From NCBI GenBank assembly GCA_965262915.1, contig OZ253564.1, positions 2,496,001-2,560,000 on the forward strand: a stretch of DNA of 64,000 nucleotides, written 5' to 3'. Under the pieces are notes generated by a model. The model was not told the origin of the DNA. It ran no database searches and saw only the letters and a list, made by a program, of their open reading frames with translations. The DNA comes from Candidatus Spongiisociaceae bacterium. GTDB lineage: Bacteria; Actinomycetota; Acidimicrobiia; Spongiisociales; Spongiisociaceae. This document shows positions 17,664 to 27,798 of the stretch, piece after piece; the stretch's first letter is position 1; each line of letters begins with the position of its first letter. The translations under genes were made by a program, and so were the position numbers.

Positions 17664-18073
17664 GGTTCCTGGACACCAACATCATCCTCAGATACCTGAC
17701 TCGCGATGACGAAGCCAAGGCAGAGGCCTGTTACCGGCTGTTCCAGAGCGTCAAGAACGGGGAGGAGGAACTGTTCACCTGTGAGGCCATCGTCACCGAG
17801 GTTGTCTACGTGCTCTCCTCCCCGCCTGCCGGTTACCGATTGAGCCACGATGACATCAGAGCCCGGCTGGTGCCGATACTGTCACTCCGAGGTCTGCGGC
17901 TCCTGCACAAGCGGGTCTATGTCCGGGCGCTGGACATCTATGCATCCTCCCCGTCCCTGGACTTCGAGGATGCTCTTGCAGTAGCTCACATGGAGAGGCA
18001 GGGCATAACCGAGATCGTGAGCTATGACAGGGATTTCGATCGGGTGGCACAGGTGCAGCGGACCGAGCCTTAG
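17660..18073 (+). CDS. vapC: PIN-domain toxin VapC
   Basis: FLDTNIILRYL, E..YVL, LDFEDAL, SYDRDFD acidic PIN residues. Confidence 0.92.
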   Translation: MRFLDTNIILRYLTRDDEAKAEACYRLFQSVKNGEEELFTCEAIVTEVVYVLSSPPAGYRLSHDDIRARLVPILSLRGLRLLHKRVYVRALDIYASSPSLDFEDALAVAHMERQGITEIVSYDRDFDRVAQVQRTEP

Positions 18074-18287
18074 CTCGGGCGAAGAGCAGGTCCCCCCTTC
18101 GCCGGACGTGCCCGTGGCGACACGACGTAATCCTCTGAGGCGTCCGGTTGACGCGGTCCCTGATCCGCCTGCTCCGTCCCCTGGTAGACATAGACACCTC
18201 TTGGCGGACGGACCACTAGCCAGGCGATCGTGATCTACGATTGGCGCCGGGATCGCCGCCGAAACCGACTCTGGGAAGGTTGCCGGA

Positions 18288-19802
18288 ATGTCCTCGCCAA
18301 CGCTCGAAGTGCCTCGCAGGGGTCCCAACGTATTGTGGATCTGCACCGATCAGCAGCGCTTCGATACGCTGGGGTGTTACGGCAACCCCTTCGTGAACAC
18401 CCCCAACATCGACCGCCTGGCCGGCCGCGGCGTGCTCTTCACCAACTTCTACACCCAGAGCCCCGTCTGCGCGCCGAGCCGGGCCGGCTTCCTCACCGGC
18501 CGCTACCCACGCACCACCCGTCTCCGGCAGAACGGCACGGCCATCCCGGAGGACGAGGTCCCGGTCACGCGCCTACTGGCGGATGCCGGGTATGTCTGCG
18601 GGCTGGTGGGCAAGCTCCATCTGGGCTGGGATTTCTCCGAATCGGGCGGCGTGGCGGTGACCGAGCGCCGGATCGACGACGGATACAGCTACTTCCATTG
18701 GTCCATGACCTCGTTCCCGGACTGGCGGCTCGGGATCGACCAGGCGCGCACCAACGAATACAGCCACTGGCTGCGGGCCAAGGGCGTCTCCTTCGAGTAC
18801 ACACCCTTCCGGGGATCGAAGTACGTGGAGACCGGCATCGACGCCGAGCACCACCAGACCGCGTGGTGCGCCGAGAAGGCGATCACCTTCATAGAGGCCA
18901 ACGCCCCGTTTGACAACCCGTGGCTGCTCTCCGTCAACCCCTTCGACCCGCACCATCCGTTCGACCCGCCTCGCGAATATCTCGAGCCGTACCTCGACCG
19001 GCTCGACGAAATCCCTCTTCCGAACTACTCGCCGGGCGAACTGCGGGACAAGCCGATCTTCCAGCGGCTCTGCCACGAGGGGGCCTACAACGTTCCGGGC
19101 GCTTTCCGCTTCGACGGCATGGACGGCGAGGACCACCGGCTGATACGCGCCGCCTACTGGGCGATGGTCGACCTGATCGACACGCAGGTTGGGCGGATGG
19201 TGGCGGCCCTGGAGAGGACCGGGCAGCTCGAGGACACGATGATCATCCTGACCTCCGACCACGGCGAGATGCTGGGTGATCACGGCATCTACCTGAAGGG
19301 GCCGTTCTTCTACGAGCCGGCCATACGGGTGCCGTTCATCGTGTCGTGGCCGGCGGCGATCCCTCCGGGCCGCAGGAGCGAGGCGTTGGTGGAGGCAGTC
19401 GACATAGCGCCGACCCTGCTGGACATGGCCGGCCTGCCCCGAGCGCCAGGCATGCAGGGACGGTCCCTATGGCCGCTGCTGAGCGGTGTGGGGGATCTGA
19501 ACCGGCACCGGGACGACGTGTACAGCGAGTACTACAACGCCAGCGTGATGTTCAGCGATCCCGATCCCCTGGCGTTCATGACGATGGTGCGCAGCGAGCG
19601 GTACAAGATCGTCGCCGTGCACGGGCACGAGACCGGAGAACTCTACGACCTGGCCGAGGATCCCGGCGAGACCCGCAACAGTTGGGACGACCCCGCCTAC
19701 CGGGATGTCCGGTTCTCGATGCTCAAGACGCTGGCCGACCGGATTGCGTGGACGGTGGACCCGCTCCCGGTCCGCTCGAAACACCATCCCATGACCTCCT
19801 AG
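18288..19802 (+). CDS. Formylglycine-dependent sulfatase
   Basis: PNVLWICTDQQR, CAPSRAGFLTGRY (CxPxR), GKLH, DPHHP, SDHGEMLGDHG. Confidence 0.93.
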   Translation: MSSPTLEVPRRGPNVLWICTDQQRFDTLGCYGNPFVNTPNIDRLAGRGVLFTNFYTQSPVCAPSRAGFLTGRYPRTTRLRQNGTAIPEDEVPVTRLLADAGYVCGLVGKLHLGWDFSESGGVAVTERRIDDGYSYFHWSMTSFPDWRLGIDQARTNEYSHWLRAKGVSFEYTPFRGSKYVETGIDAEHHQTAWCAEKAITFIEANAPFDNPWLLSVNPFDPHHPFDPPREYLEPYLDRLDEIPLPNYSPGELRDKPIFQRLCHEGAYNVPGAFRFDGMDGEDHRLIRAAYWAMVDLIDTQVGRMVAALERTGQLEDTMIILTSDHGEMLGDHGIYLKGPFFYEPAIRVPFIVSWPAAIPPGRRSEALVEAVDIAPTLLDMAGLPRAPGMQGRSLWPLLSGVGDLNRHRDDVYSEYYNASVMFSDPDPLAFMTMVRSERYKIVAVHGHETGELYDLAEDPGETRNSWDDPAYRDVRFSMLKTLADRIAWTVDPLPVRSKHHPMTS

Positions 19803-21564
19803 GAGGGTGCTGAGCAATCCGTCTGAAGGGGTGCTGCTTGAACCCTGGGATGTGCTGTTGGCTGGTGTGGGTTGGTGGGAGGCTGCCGGTTGGGGGGTGG
19901 TGGTGCTGGTTGTCGGGGTGGAGTTGCCCCGGTTTTTGGGGTTGCCGGTGGGTTTGGTGGTTTAGGTGGGGTTGAGTGCCCAGCCGGTGGTTGTGTGGGT
20001 GAGTCCGAGGTTGATGAGGCGTTGTAGGTTGATGGCTGCTGTTGGGGTGGTGAGCCATTGCTGGTTGGGTTTGATTCCTCGGTGTGGGACACGTCTGGGG
20101 TTGCGGCGGGTGAGCCAGGCGATGGTCCGCTCGACGGACGGCCGGTGGTTCCGGTAGGTGTCCTGCGTTTCTTCTTTGGCCCACCGTGCTTTGTTCGCGG
20201 CGCGACGGTCGTGGTGTTTGTCGACTGCGATGGTCCGTCCACGCTTGGAGGTGGTGCATCGTGCCCGCAGGGGGCAGCCGTTGCACCGCTTGGCGAACGG
20301 GGCGGTACCACCGGGGCGTATGCGGGTGGTGTGCCCGGCGGGACACGTCACCGTCCGGGCTCCGGTGTCGACCTCGAAGTCGTCGCGGTGATAGCCGTCT
20401 TCGATGTGGGGTTTGCGTACGATTGGTTTGGTCACCGGGGTGTGACCAAGATCGTCGAACGTTTCAAGCGCCGCACCGGACGCGTACGCGGAGTCGGCGA
20501 CGATTTCGGCACCCGGGGGTGCTTCGGCAACGAGATCCGCAATGCTGTCGGCGTCTGGGGTGTTGGCAGCGGTTAGGTGGGCGGCGGTGACCAGCCCGGT
20601 TTCGGGTTCGGTAGTCACATGGGCCTTGTACCCGTCCCGTTTGCGGGTCCGGGTCTTGTGACCGTGCCTGGCTTCGGGGTCCACCGTCGATATGGTCCGA
20701 TCTCGGGCCACACGCCGCGCTATCCGCCATCGGCCTTCCCGGTGGGGATCCGGTTCCACATCTTGGCCCGTAACCACTCCCAACAGACCTATTGCGTCGG
20801 CCTGTTCGGGGTTCAGCTTTATGTCCTCCACCCCTTCGATCAGCGCCAGCCCGTCGGTGACCAAACCGTTGATCAGTTCCGATCGGCTGTCGGGATCGGA
20901 CCAGTCACAGGACGGTTTCGCCTTCGATTCGTAGTCATGGGCCACCAGCACCAGGTCGGCTGCCTGCGGGATCAGACGTCGGCAACGCCTTATCTGCGAC
21001 GAGATCATCGTCACCGTGTCCCCGGTAGCAACCGCGTCGTGCAGAATGGTCGAGTCCAACGCACGGCGTCCCCTGTTCGCCAACACCCCACAGGCGGCGA
21101 CCACCTCCCGCACCGCGTCGAAGATACGCTCAGGACGGTCACTCGCCCTAAGCCTCGCTCGCCACAACGTCAGCACCGTCGGGTGGAACCCCCCATCGGT
21201 CAACGACAGACCAGCCGCCGCTTTCCAAGCTATGTCACGACGCAGCCGCTGGACCGCTTCCCGATCCGACAGGCCCTCCAACGCCTGGAGGACCATCACC
21301 GCCCCAATCACCGAGCCCGGTATCGACGGGCGGCCCCGCGGGCCGAACAAATCCCCAAACATCTCAGCGGGAAACAGACGCCGGCGGTGCTCAGCCAAAA
21401 ACTGATACACCGAACCCTCCGGAACCAACTCCCCACACAGTTCCATAGCGTCCAGAAACTCACGATCACCACGTTCACTACCCTGCATACCACCTACAAT
21501 AATCCCAACAAACCCAAAACGCGAACAAGCCAACACCCAACAGACCGACTAAATCAGCAGTCCC
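19803..21564 (-). mobile_element. IS1182-family insertion sequence (1762 bp) with CTAG target-site duplication
   Basis: CTAG at 19799-19802 (contains the sulfatase stop) and at 21565-21568; imperfect terminal inverted repeats GAGGGTGCTGA / GGGACTGCTGA; encloses a transposase. Confidence 0.85.
19962..21488 (-). CDS. IS1182-family DDE transposase
   Basis: GRPSIP..LQALEGLSDREA, ALDST, DRTISTVDPEARHGHK, DGYKAH, ADSAY, TCPAG, CNGCPLRARCT, R..VER. Confidence 0.92.
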   Translation of the reverse strand: MQGSERGDREFLDAMELCGELVPEGSVYQFLAEHRRRLFPAEMFGDLFGPRGRPSIPGSVIGAVMVLQALEGLSDREAVQRLRRDIAWKAAAGLSLTDGGFHPTVLTLWRARLRASDRPERIFDAVREVVAACGVLANRGRRALDSTILHDAVATGDTVTMISSQIRRCRRLIPQAADLVLVAHDYESKAKPSCDWSDPDSRSELINGLVTDGLALIEGVEDIKLNPEQADAIGLLGVVTGQDVEPDPHREGRWRIARRVARDRTISTVDPEARHGHKTRTRKRDGYKAHVTTEPETGLVTAAHLTAANTPDADSIADLVAEAPPGAEIVADSAYASGAALETFDDLGHTPVTKPIVRKPHIEDGYHRDDFEVDTGARTVTCPAGHTTRIRPGGTAPFAKRCNGCPLRARCTTSKRGRTIAVDKHHDRRAANKARWAKEETQDTYRNHRPSVERTIAWLTRRNPRRVPHRGIKPNQQWLTTPTAAINLQRLINLGLTHTTTGWALNPT

Positions 21565-21568
21565 CTAG

Positions 21569-21667
21569 GAGGGTGGTCTAAAACGGTGGGGAGCAACGGC
21601 CCGTCTTCCTTTGGACAGGCATAATGTCATCGGTCGACGGGCCGTGAAGGGGTTTTACACCACCCTC
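21569..21667. mobile_element. 99-bp miniature inverted-repeat element abutting the IS
   Basis: Terminal inverted repeats GAGGGTGGTCTAAAAC / GTTTTACACCACCCTC, flanked by CTAG on both sides (21565-68 and 21668-71). Confidence 0.75.
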
Positions 21668-21719
21668 CTAGTCTCCCGACTCGGGAAGCCGTTCCGGATA
21701 CTCGGACTGAACCGTCCTT

Positions 21720-21958
21720 CCCATGCCGGCAGGACCGAGGGGATCGAGAACGCGAAAAACGCCGGACCGGACCCTGCCGGCGGGCCCTCCCCCAACCGCC
21801 ACCTCCTCGGCTCCGGCCGCGTTCCTCCCTCCCCGAGAGGCTCGGCTTCGACAACAGGATCCCTGGCCCGGTCCGGTCGGTACCGCAACGGACCGGCGGT
21901 GTTTACGGCTACTTACCAGTATGCAACGGGATTGTGATACGGTCAACCCCCTTGTGGC
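21720..21958 (-). repeat. Promoter-bearing intergenic repeat, family B (subfamily B2), copy 4
   Basis: Closely similar to 33540..33783; minus-strand TTGACC(21941-46)-N17-CATACT(21918-23). Confidence 0.85.
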
Positions 21959-22370
21959 AGCGCGGTCGGTCCGGCGGGGGTTCTTCGGGCGATTCGGCGT
22001 GCCCGCCGTGCGCCGACGCGGGTCCTGGGTACAGCGAACCACAGATTCGGGACACCGGGAGCGTGCTCGGGAACGGATGGGTGATGGGCCCGACGATCGA
22101 TGACAGGATGGCGGCTCAGCGGACGGCGGGCCAACCGTTATCACCGTTCTTCAGTACCCTCCTAGAGATCGATCCGCCAAACACCGGCCGCTGCCCACCG
22201 AGCACCGAACGCGGCGGGACGTCCCACGAGCGACAAGGTCGACTCCCACGCTCCCGCGCAGCGTCGGCGGTTCACTTCGGTCGCGATCGTCGGCGTCCGA
22301 TGTCAGGAAGTGCCGGCGAGGCCGCGCAGATACACGTCATCGGGTGTTTTCCCGGCTAAGTTCGGTACGC

Positions 22371-25223
22371 GTGCCAATCCGTATCCAGGTGACTGCTTCC
22401 GAGGACCCCAGAGCGGGCCAAGTCGTCGATGTTGCTCGTCTACTGGGGGTGCCGGGTCTGGTCGCCTGCCGGGTCAGCAGGGTCCACTACCTGCACGGGG
22501 ACCTGTCCGCGGCCGACGTCGACCGGCTGTGCCGCGAAGTCCTGGTCGACCCGGTAGTGGACGAGGTGACCGTGGGTTCCCCATTGCCCATCCCACACCC
22601 GGCGGTGGAGGTTGCACCGCGTCCGGGCGTGACGGATACTGAGGCCCGGGAGCTGGAACGGGCCGCAGCCGCCCTGGGCCTACCCCCGGTGCGGGCTTCC
22701 ACCGCCCGCCGTTACGAGTTGATCGGCGACCTGGATGAGGCCGAGGTCTCCGCCATCAGCAGGCGGCTGCTGGCCAACGAGACGATCGAGCTGCACTCGC
22801 TCGGTACGGTCCAGCCCTGTTTCGACTGGGCAGCTCCCGCGGGGGTCCGGGTCGATGTCGTGGAGCTGTCCGGTTTGGCGGACGCCGATCTGCTGCGCCT
22901 CAGCCGGGAACGTCTGCTCTCGCTCGACCTGGCCGAGATGCGGGCCATCCGGGAGCACTTCCGGCGTGAGGGAAGGGATCCGACCGACGCCGAGCTCGAG
23001 ACGCTGGCCCAGACCTGGTCGGAACACTGCATGCACAAGACGTTCCGGGCTCGCATCCGCCTGGAGCACACGAGGGCGGACGGTTCGGTCACGGTCTCCT
23101 CCCACGAGGGCCTGCTGGCCGCGCTCAGGGCGGTTACCGAGGAGATCGCCCCACCCTGGCTCCGCTCCGCGTTCGATGACAACGCAGGCATCGTGGCCTT
23201 CGACAGTGACCTCGACCTCGCCTTCAAGGTCGAGACCCACAACCATCCATCGGCGCTCGAACCCTTCGGGGGCGCCAATACGGGTATCGGCGGGGTGGTC
23301 CGGGACGTGATGGGAGTGTCGGCGCGTCCCATCGCCTGCACGAACGTCCTGTGTTTCGGGCCCCCCGACCCGCCCGACCGTGACCTCCCTCCGGGCGTGC
23401 TCCATCCCCGTCGGGTGCGCGACGGCGTGGTGGCCGGAATTGGCGACTACGGCAACAAGCTGGGCCTTCCCACCGTCAACGGCGCGGTGCTCTACGACGA
23501 GGGATACGTCGCCAACCCGCTCGTCTACTGCGGGGCGTTGGGCCTGCTTCCGGCAGGCTCACATCCCACCGATCCGCGGGCCGGTGACCGGATCATCGCT
23601 ATCGGAGGCCGGACCGGCCGGGACGGCATCCACGGAGCCACCTTCTCCTCGGCGGGAATGGACGAGGCTACCGCCGAGCAGGCCGGGACGGCCGTACAGA
23701 TCGGCGACCCGATCACCCAGAAGGGTTGCATCGAGGTGGTCGAGCAGGCTCGCGACCGGCGCCTCTACAACGCCATCACCGACTGCGGGGCAGGCGGGTT
23801 CTCCTCCGCGGTGGGAGAGATGGGCGAGCACCTCGGCGCCGAGGTGGACCTGGCGGGCGCACCCCTCAAGTACGAGGGGCTGGAACCGTGGGAGATCTGG
23901 CTCTCAGAGGCCCAGGAGCGCATGGTTCTGGCGGTGCCGTCCGGCCGGGTCGAGACCCTGGCTGACCTGTGCGAGCGCAACGAGGTGGAGATGACCGACC
24001 TCGGGTCGTTCACGGGAACCGGGCGTCTGGTGGTGCGGCACGGTGATATCCCGGTGGTCGACCTTGCCATGGAGTTCCTCCACCGCGGGGTCCCGGGCAG
24101 GGAGATGGTCGGGCGCTGGGCCGACCCGGTACCCGGGCCCGTGGAAGTGCCCGACGTCGACCCCACCCGGCTCGTCCTCGACCTCCTGTCCCATCCGACC
24201 GTCGCCTCCAAGGAGGCCATCGTCCGCACCTACGACCACGAGGTGCGGGGCGGCACCGTCGGCCGTCCGTTCGTCGGGGTCCACGCCGACGGCCCCGGAG
24301 ACGGCGCGGTGCTCAAGCCCCTGGGCACCTGGCACCATGACGCGGCCGTGGCGCTGGCGGTCGGTATCAATCCGCGTATCGGCCGGATCGATCCCTGGTC
24401 GATGGCGCTGCATGCCATCGACGAAGCCGTCCGGAATCTCGTTGCGGTGGGGGCCGATCCGGGACGGGTCGCCCTGCTCGACAACTTCTGCTGGGGCGAC
24501 CCCACCAAACCCGACCGACTCGGATCGCTCGTCAGGGCGGTGGAGGGGTGCGTGGAGGGAGCGCGCCGCTACCGCATGCCGTTCATTTCCGGGAAGGACA
24601 GCCTCTTCAACGAATTCGCCGGAGAGGCAATCCCCGGAACGCTGCTCATCTCGGCCCTCGGGCTGGTACCCGACCTCCACCGCACGGTTGCCAGCGCATT
24701 CACCCGGGCCGGTTGCGACCTCTGGCTGGTCGGCGACCCGTCGGACCGGCTCGGCGGCTCTGTGGTCGACGACCTGTTGGGTATCGGTGACCGCCGGGTA
24801 CCTCCGGCCCTGGACGATCCGCTGGAGCGGTACATCGCTGTTCACCGGCTGATCGCCGAGGGGAGCGTCACCGCCGCCCACGACGTGAGCGACGGTGGCA
24901 TAGCGGTGGCGATCGCCGAGATGGCCATCGGCGGAAGGCTGGGGGTCGAGGCAACCGTCCCGACGGCAGGGCCAGGCATCGTCGCCGCGCTCACCAACGA
25001 GGCGCCCGGACGGCTGCTGCTGGAGTCGCCTCGGGCGAGGCGTGGCCACCTCGCGGCCCGGCTCGGTCCGGTGGGCCGGCGCATCGGTGTGGTGACCGGG
25101 GGCTCCTCGGTCGGGATCGGTGTCGCCGGGCCGGGCGGACCGCATCCGGTACACGCAGGGCCGGTTACGATCGACCTCGATGCGGCTGTACGGGCCTTCA
25201 CCGGACGGAGGGGAAAGTCGTGA
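22371..25223 (+). CDS. purL: Phosphoribosylformylglycinamidine synthase PurL with N-terminal PurS-like domains
   Basis: AQTWSEHC.HKTF, KVETHNHPS, DGIHGATFSS, DCGAGG, SEAQERM, YDHEV, SGKDS, HDVSDGG. Confidence 0.95.
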   Translation: MPIRIQVTASEDPRAGQVVDVARLLGVPGLVACRVSRVHYLHGDLSAADVDRLCREVLVDPVVDEVTVGSPLPIPHPAVEVAPRPGVTDTEARELERAAAALGLPPVRASTARRYELIGDLDEAEVSAISRRLLANETIELHSLGTVQPCFDWAAPAGVRVDVVELSGLADADLLRLSRERLLSLDLAEMRAIREHFRREGRDPTDAELETLAQTWSEHCMHKTFRARIRLEHTRADGSVTVSSHEGLLAALRAVTEEIAPPWLRSAFDDNAGIVAFDSDLDLAFKVETHNHPSALEPFGGANTGIGGVVRDVMGVSARPIACTNVLCFGPPDPPDRDLPPGVLHPRRVRDGVVAGIGDYGNKLGLPTVNGAVLYDEGYVANPLVYCGALGLLPAGSHPTDPRAGDRIIAIGGRTGRDGIHGATFSSAGMDEATAEQAGTAVQIGDPITQKGCIEVVEQARDRRLYNAITDCGAGGFSSAVGEMGEHLGAEVDLAGAPLKYEGLEPWEIWLSEAQERMVLAVPSGRVETLADLCERNEVEMTDLGSFTGTGRLVVRHGDIPVVDLAMEFLHRGVPGREMVGRWADPVPGPVEVPDVDPTRLVLDLLSHPTVASKEAIVRTYDHEVRGGTVGRPFVGVHADGPGDGAVLKPLGTWHHDAAVALAVGINPRIGRIDPWSMALHAIDEAVRNLVAVGADPGRVALLDNFCWGDPTKPDRLGSLVRAVEGCVEGARRYRMPFISGKDSLFNEFAGEAIPGTLLISALGLVPDLHRTVASAFTRAGCDLWLVGDPSDRLGGSVVDDLLGIGDRRVPPALDDPLERYIAVHRLIAEGSVTAAHDVSDGGIAVAIAEMAIGGRLGVEATVPTAGPGIVAALTNEAPGRLLLESPRARRGHLAARLGPVGRRIGVVTGGSSVGIGVAGPGGPHPVHAGPVTIDLDAAVRAFTGRRGKS

Positions 25224-26011
25224 CTCCCCCACCGATCCTGATCCTTCACGCGCCGGGAACCAACCGTGACACGGAGGCCGCGGTGGCTGTGGAGTTGGCG
25301 GGAGGCGACCCGCGCATCGTGTCCACGCACGACCTCCGGACGGGAGCAGCCTCGATGTCCGACTTCGGCGGCTTGGTGCTGCCGGGCGGGTTCTCGTACG
25401 GCGACGCGCTGGGAGCCGGAGTGCGCCTGGCCCTCGAGCTCCGCACCTGGTTGTACGGGGAACTCGCCGACGCGGTCCGGCTGGGGCGGCCCGTGCTCGG
25501 AATCTGCAACGGATTCCAGACGCTCCTCAAGTCCGGCCTGCTAGGGGGATCGGACGGACCGGGAGAGCGACGGCGGGTAACGCTCACCGACAATGCCGGC
25601 GGGCGCTTCGAATGCCGGTGGGTGACGTTGCGCGTCGAGCCGGGTAGCCGGTCAGGGTGGCTGGGCTCCTTGGCGGGTATGAGCATCCGCTGCCCGGTGG
25701 CCCATGGCGAAGGCCGGGTGGCGGTGAGCGATCCCGAGGTCGTCGGGATCCTCGAAGGTGAAGGAATGGTCGCCTTCCGCTACCTGTCGGAGGACGGCCG
25801 AGGAGGCGGGGACCGGTTGGCGGGCGGGCTGTACCCGGCCAACCCCAACGGGTCGGTGGGTGACATCGCCGGTCTCTGCGATGCCACCGGGGCGGTGGTC
25901 GGGCTCATGCCGCATCCCGAAGACCATGTGGTCGACTGGCAAAGACCCGGGGGACCACCCGGAGCGCGGGGTCTTCCCCTCTTCGAGGCGTTCGTCGACG
26001 CCGCCCGATGA
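25220..26011 (+). CDS. purQ: FGAM synthase glutaminase subunit PurQ
   Basis: PGTN, PGGFSYGD, GICNGFQ, AHGEG, NPNGS, MPHPE. Confidence 0.95.
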   Translation: MTPPPILILHAPGTNRDTEAAVAVELAGGDPRIVSTHDLRTGAASMSDFGGLVLPGGFSYGDALGAGVRLALELRTWLYGELADAVRLGRPVLGICNGFQTLLKSGLLGGSDGPGERRRVTLTDNAGGRFECRWVTLRVEPGSRSGWLGSLAGMSIRCPVAHGEGRVAVSDPEVVGILEGEGMVAFRYLSEDGRGGGDRLAGGLYPANPNGSVGDIAGLCDATGAVVGLMPHPEDHVVDWQRPGGPPGARGLPLFEAFVDAAR

Positions 26012-26023
26012 GCGGCCCGGCTA

Positions 26024-26186
26024 GTGGTCTGTCTGTGAAATGGCGGCGTGCCATGCGTAGGCAGCGGCGTTCCTCGCAAGGCTCGCCGACGAAGGCGTAC
26101 CCTCAGCGGTACGTTGAGGAGGCGGAACCCAGCGAGGGGCGTCGATGGCAAGCAGGGCACGGCAAGTTGTTTTGCAGACAGACCAC
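26024..26186 (+). mobile_element. MITE family A, full-length copy (163 bp)
   Basis: 12-bp terminal inverted repeat GTGGTCTGTCTG...CAGACAGACCAC; highly similar to 33326..33488 and 49799..49961. Confidence 0.9.
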
Positions 26187-26198
26187 AAGGTTGAGTTC

Positions 26199-27173
26199 GT
26201 GATCACCGACCTGGGGCCGGCCCTGGCCCATCCCTTCACCGGGATCGAAGCCTCCGACGTGCACGACATCGGTCCCGTCGTGCGGGGCAAGGTCCGTGAC
26301 GTGGTCTATCTGGGTGACCGGCTGGCATTGATCGCCACCGATCGTCTGTCGGCGTTCGACCGGGTGTTGGGAACGGTGCCCTATCGGGGCCAGATCCTCA
26401 ACCAGCTGTCGGCCTGGTGGTTCGAGCGAATCGCCGATCTGGTTCCCACCCACATGGTGGAGGTGCCGGACCCCAACGTGATGATCGCCCGCAAGTGCCT
26501 GCCCCTGCCGGTGGAGGTCGTGGTGCGGAGCCGGCTGACCGGGACGACCGGCACATCGGCGTGGACCCTCTACGCGGCCGGCGCCCGCCATGTCTACGGC
26601 ATCCGGTTCCCCGACGGTATGGAGAAGAACGACCCGCTCCCCCGACCGATAATCACCCCGACCACGAAAGGGGCCATGGGCGCCCACGATCGTCCGATCA
26701 CCGAGCGGGACATCGTGGAGAGCGGCCTGGTTGAGGCCCGGTGCTGGGATGAGGTGCGGAGCATCGCTCTCGCCGTGTTCGAGCGGGGCCAGGAGACGGC
26801 CGCGGAGGCAGGGCTGGTGCTGGTCGACACCAAGTACGAGTTCGGTCTCGACCGGGAGGGCCGCGTGGTCATCATCGACGAGGTCCACACGCCCGACTCG
26901 TCACGGTTCTGGAGGGTGGCAACCGTCGAGGAGCGCCTCGCGGCCGGCAAAGAGCCAGAGAACCTCGACAAGGAACTCGTGCGTCTCGCCTATGCCGCTC
27001 AGGGTTTCACCGGCGACGGCGACCCGCCACCTCTCGGAACCGAACTGGCGGTCAGCGCCGCCCGGGCCTATCTGGAGGTGTTCGAGGCGCTCACCCGCCG
27101 CCCACTTGTTCCGGCCTCCTACCCGGCCGCCCCACGAGTCGTTACCGCGATTTGCCCGTACGGTCGTTCATAA
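26199..27173 (+). CDS. purC: SAICAR synthetase
   Basis: GKVRDV, TDRLSAFD, TPTTK, LVDTKYEFG, DEVHTPDSSRFW; start placed after the MITE. Confidence 0.95.
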   Translation: MITDLGPALAHPFTGIEASDVHDIGPVVRGKVRDVVYLGDRLALIATDRLSAFDRVLGTVPYRGQILNQLSAWWFERIADLVPTHMVEVPDPNVMIARKCLPLPVEVVVRSRLTGTTGTSAWTLYAAGARHVYGIRFPDGMEKNDPLPRPIITPTTKGAMGAHDRPITERDIVESGLVEARCWDEVRSIALAVFERGQETAAEAGLVLVDTKYEFGLDREGRVVIIDEVHTPDSSRFWRVATVEERLAAGKEPENLDKELVRLAYAAQGFTGDGDPPPLGTELAVSAARAYLEVFEALTRRPLVPASYPAAPRVVTAICPYGRS

Positions 27174-27201
27174 TGGTGGCTCAGGATCCGCCGGGTGGCC
27201 G

Positions 27202-27268
27202 GTGGTCGGTCTGTGAAACGGCGTCGATGGCAAGCAGGGCACGGCAAGTTGTTTTGCAGACAGACCAC
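27202..27268 (+). mobile_element. MITE family A, internally deleted copy (67 bp)
   Basis: GTGGTCGGTCTGTGAAA joined to GGCGTCGATGGCAAGCAGGGCACGGCAAGTTGTTTTGCAGACAGACCAC. Confidence 0.85.
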
Positions 27269-27306
27269 CTAACCGCCCGTAAGCGGAGGGCGGAGGAGAG
27301 AAGAGC

Positions 27307-27798
27307 GTGACCGGGCACCCGCTCGTCGGCGTCATCATGGGCAGCGAGTCCGACTGGCCCACGATGCGCCGCGCCGCAGAGGTACTCGAAGACTTCGGCG
27401 TTCCGTACGAGTGCAAGGTCGTGTCGGCGCACCGCACCCCCGACCTGATGGTGGAATACGCCGAGTCGGCATCCGGGCGAGGGCTCGAAGCCATCATCGC
27501 CGGGGCCGGTGGCGCCGCCCACCTGCCGGGGATGGTGGCCGGCCACACGATCATCCCGGTTATAGGTGTTCCGATCATGAGCCGCGCCCTGAGGGGTATG
27601 GATTCGCTCCTGTCGATCGTGCAGATGCCGGCCGGTGTACCGGTCGCCACCATGGCCATCGGCGAGGCGGGGGCCACCAACGCCGGTCTCTACGCGGTGG
27701 CGATGCTGGCCCGCCACGATCCGCAGCTGGCCGGTCGGCTCACCGCGTACCGGGAGGGGCGGGCCGCGGCCGTCCACGATATCGAGCTCGAGTTGTGA
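27307..27798 (+). CDS. purE: N5-CAIR mutase
   Basis: [38 protein letters not shown]. Confidence 0.97.
   Translation: MTGHPLVGVIMGSESDWPTMRRAAEVLEDFGVPYECKVVSAHRTPDLMVEYAESASGRGLEAIIAGAGGAAHLPGMVAGHTIIPVIGVPIMSRALRGMDSLLSIVQMPAGVPVATMAIGEAGATNAGLYAVAMLARHDPQLAGRLTAYREGRAAAVHDIELEL

Noticed and set aside
17296-18075. vapBC and higBA as integron cassettes with attC sites
   Set aside because: No integron integrase and no convincing attC R/L box structure
22166-22370. Purine or ZTP riboswitch upstream of purL
   Set aside because: Could not find the conserved core motifs by eye; an Rfam scan is needed to exclude it
26145-26198. N-terminal extensions on purC, PhyH (15165) and iolE (49937) in the ORF track
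   Set aside because: They are translations of MITE sequence (RARQVVLQTDH is shared by purC and PhyH), not real protein
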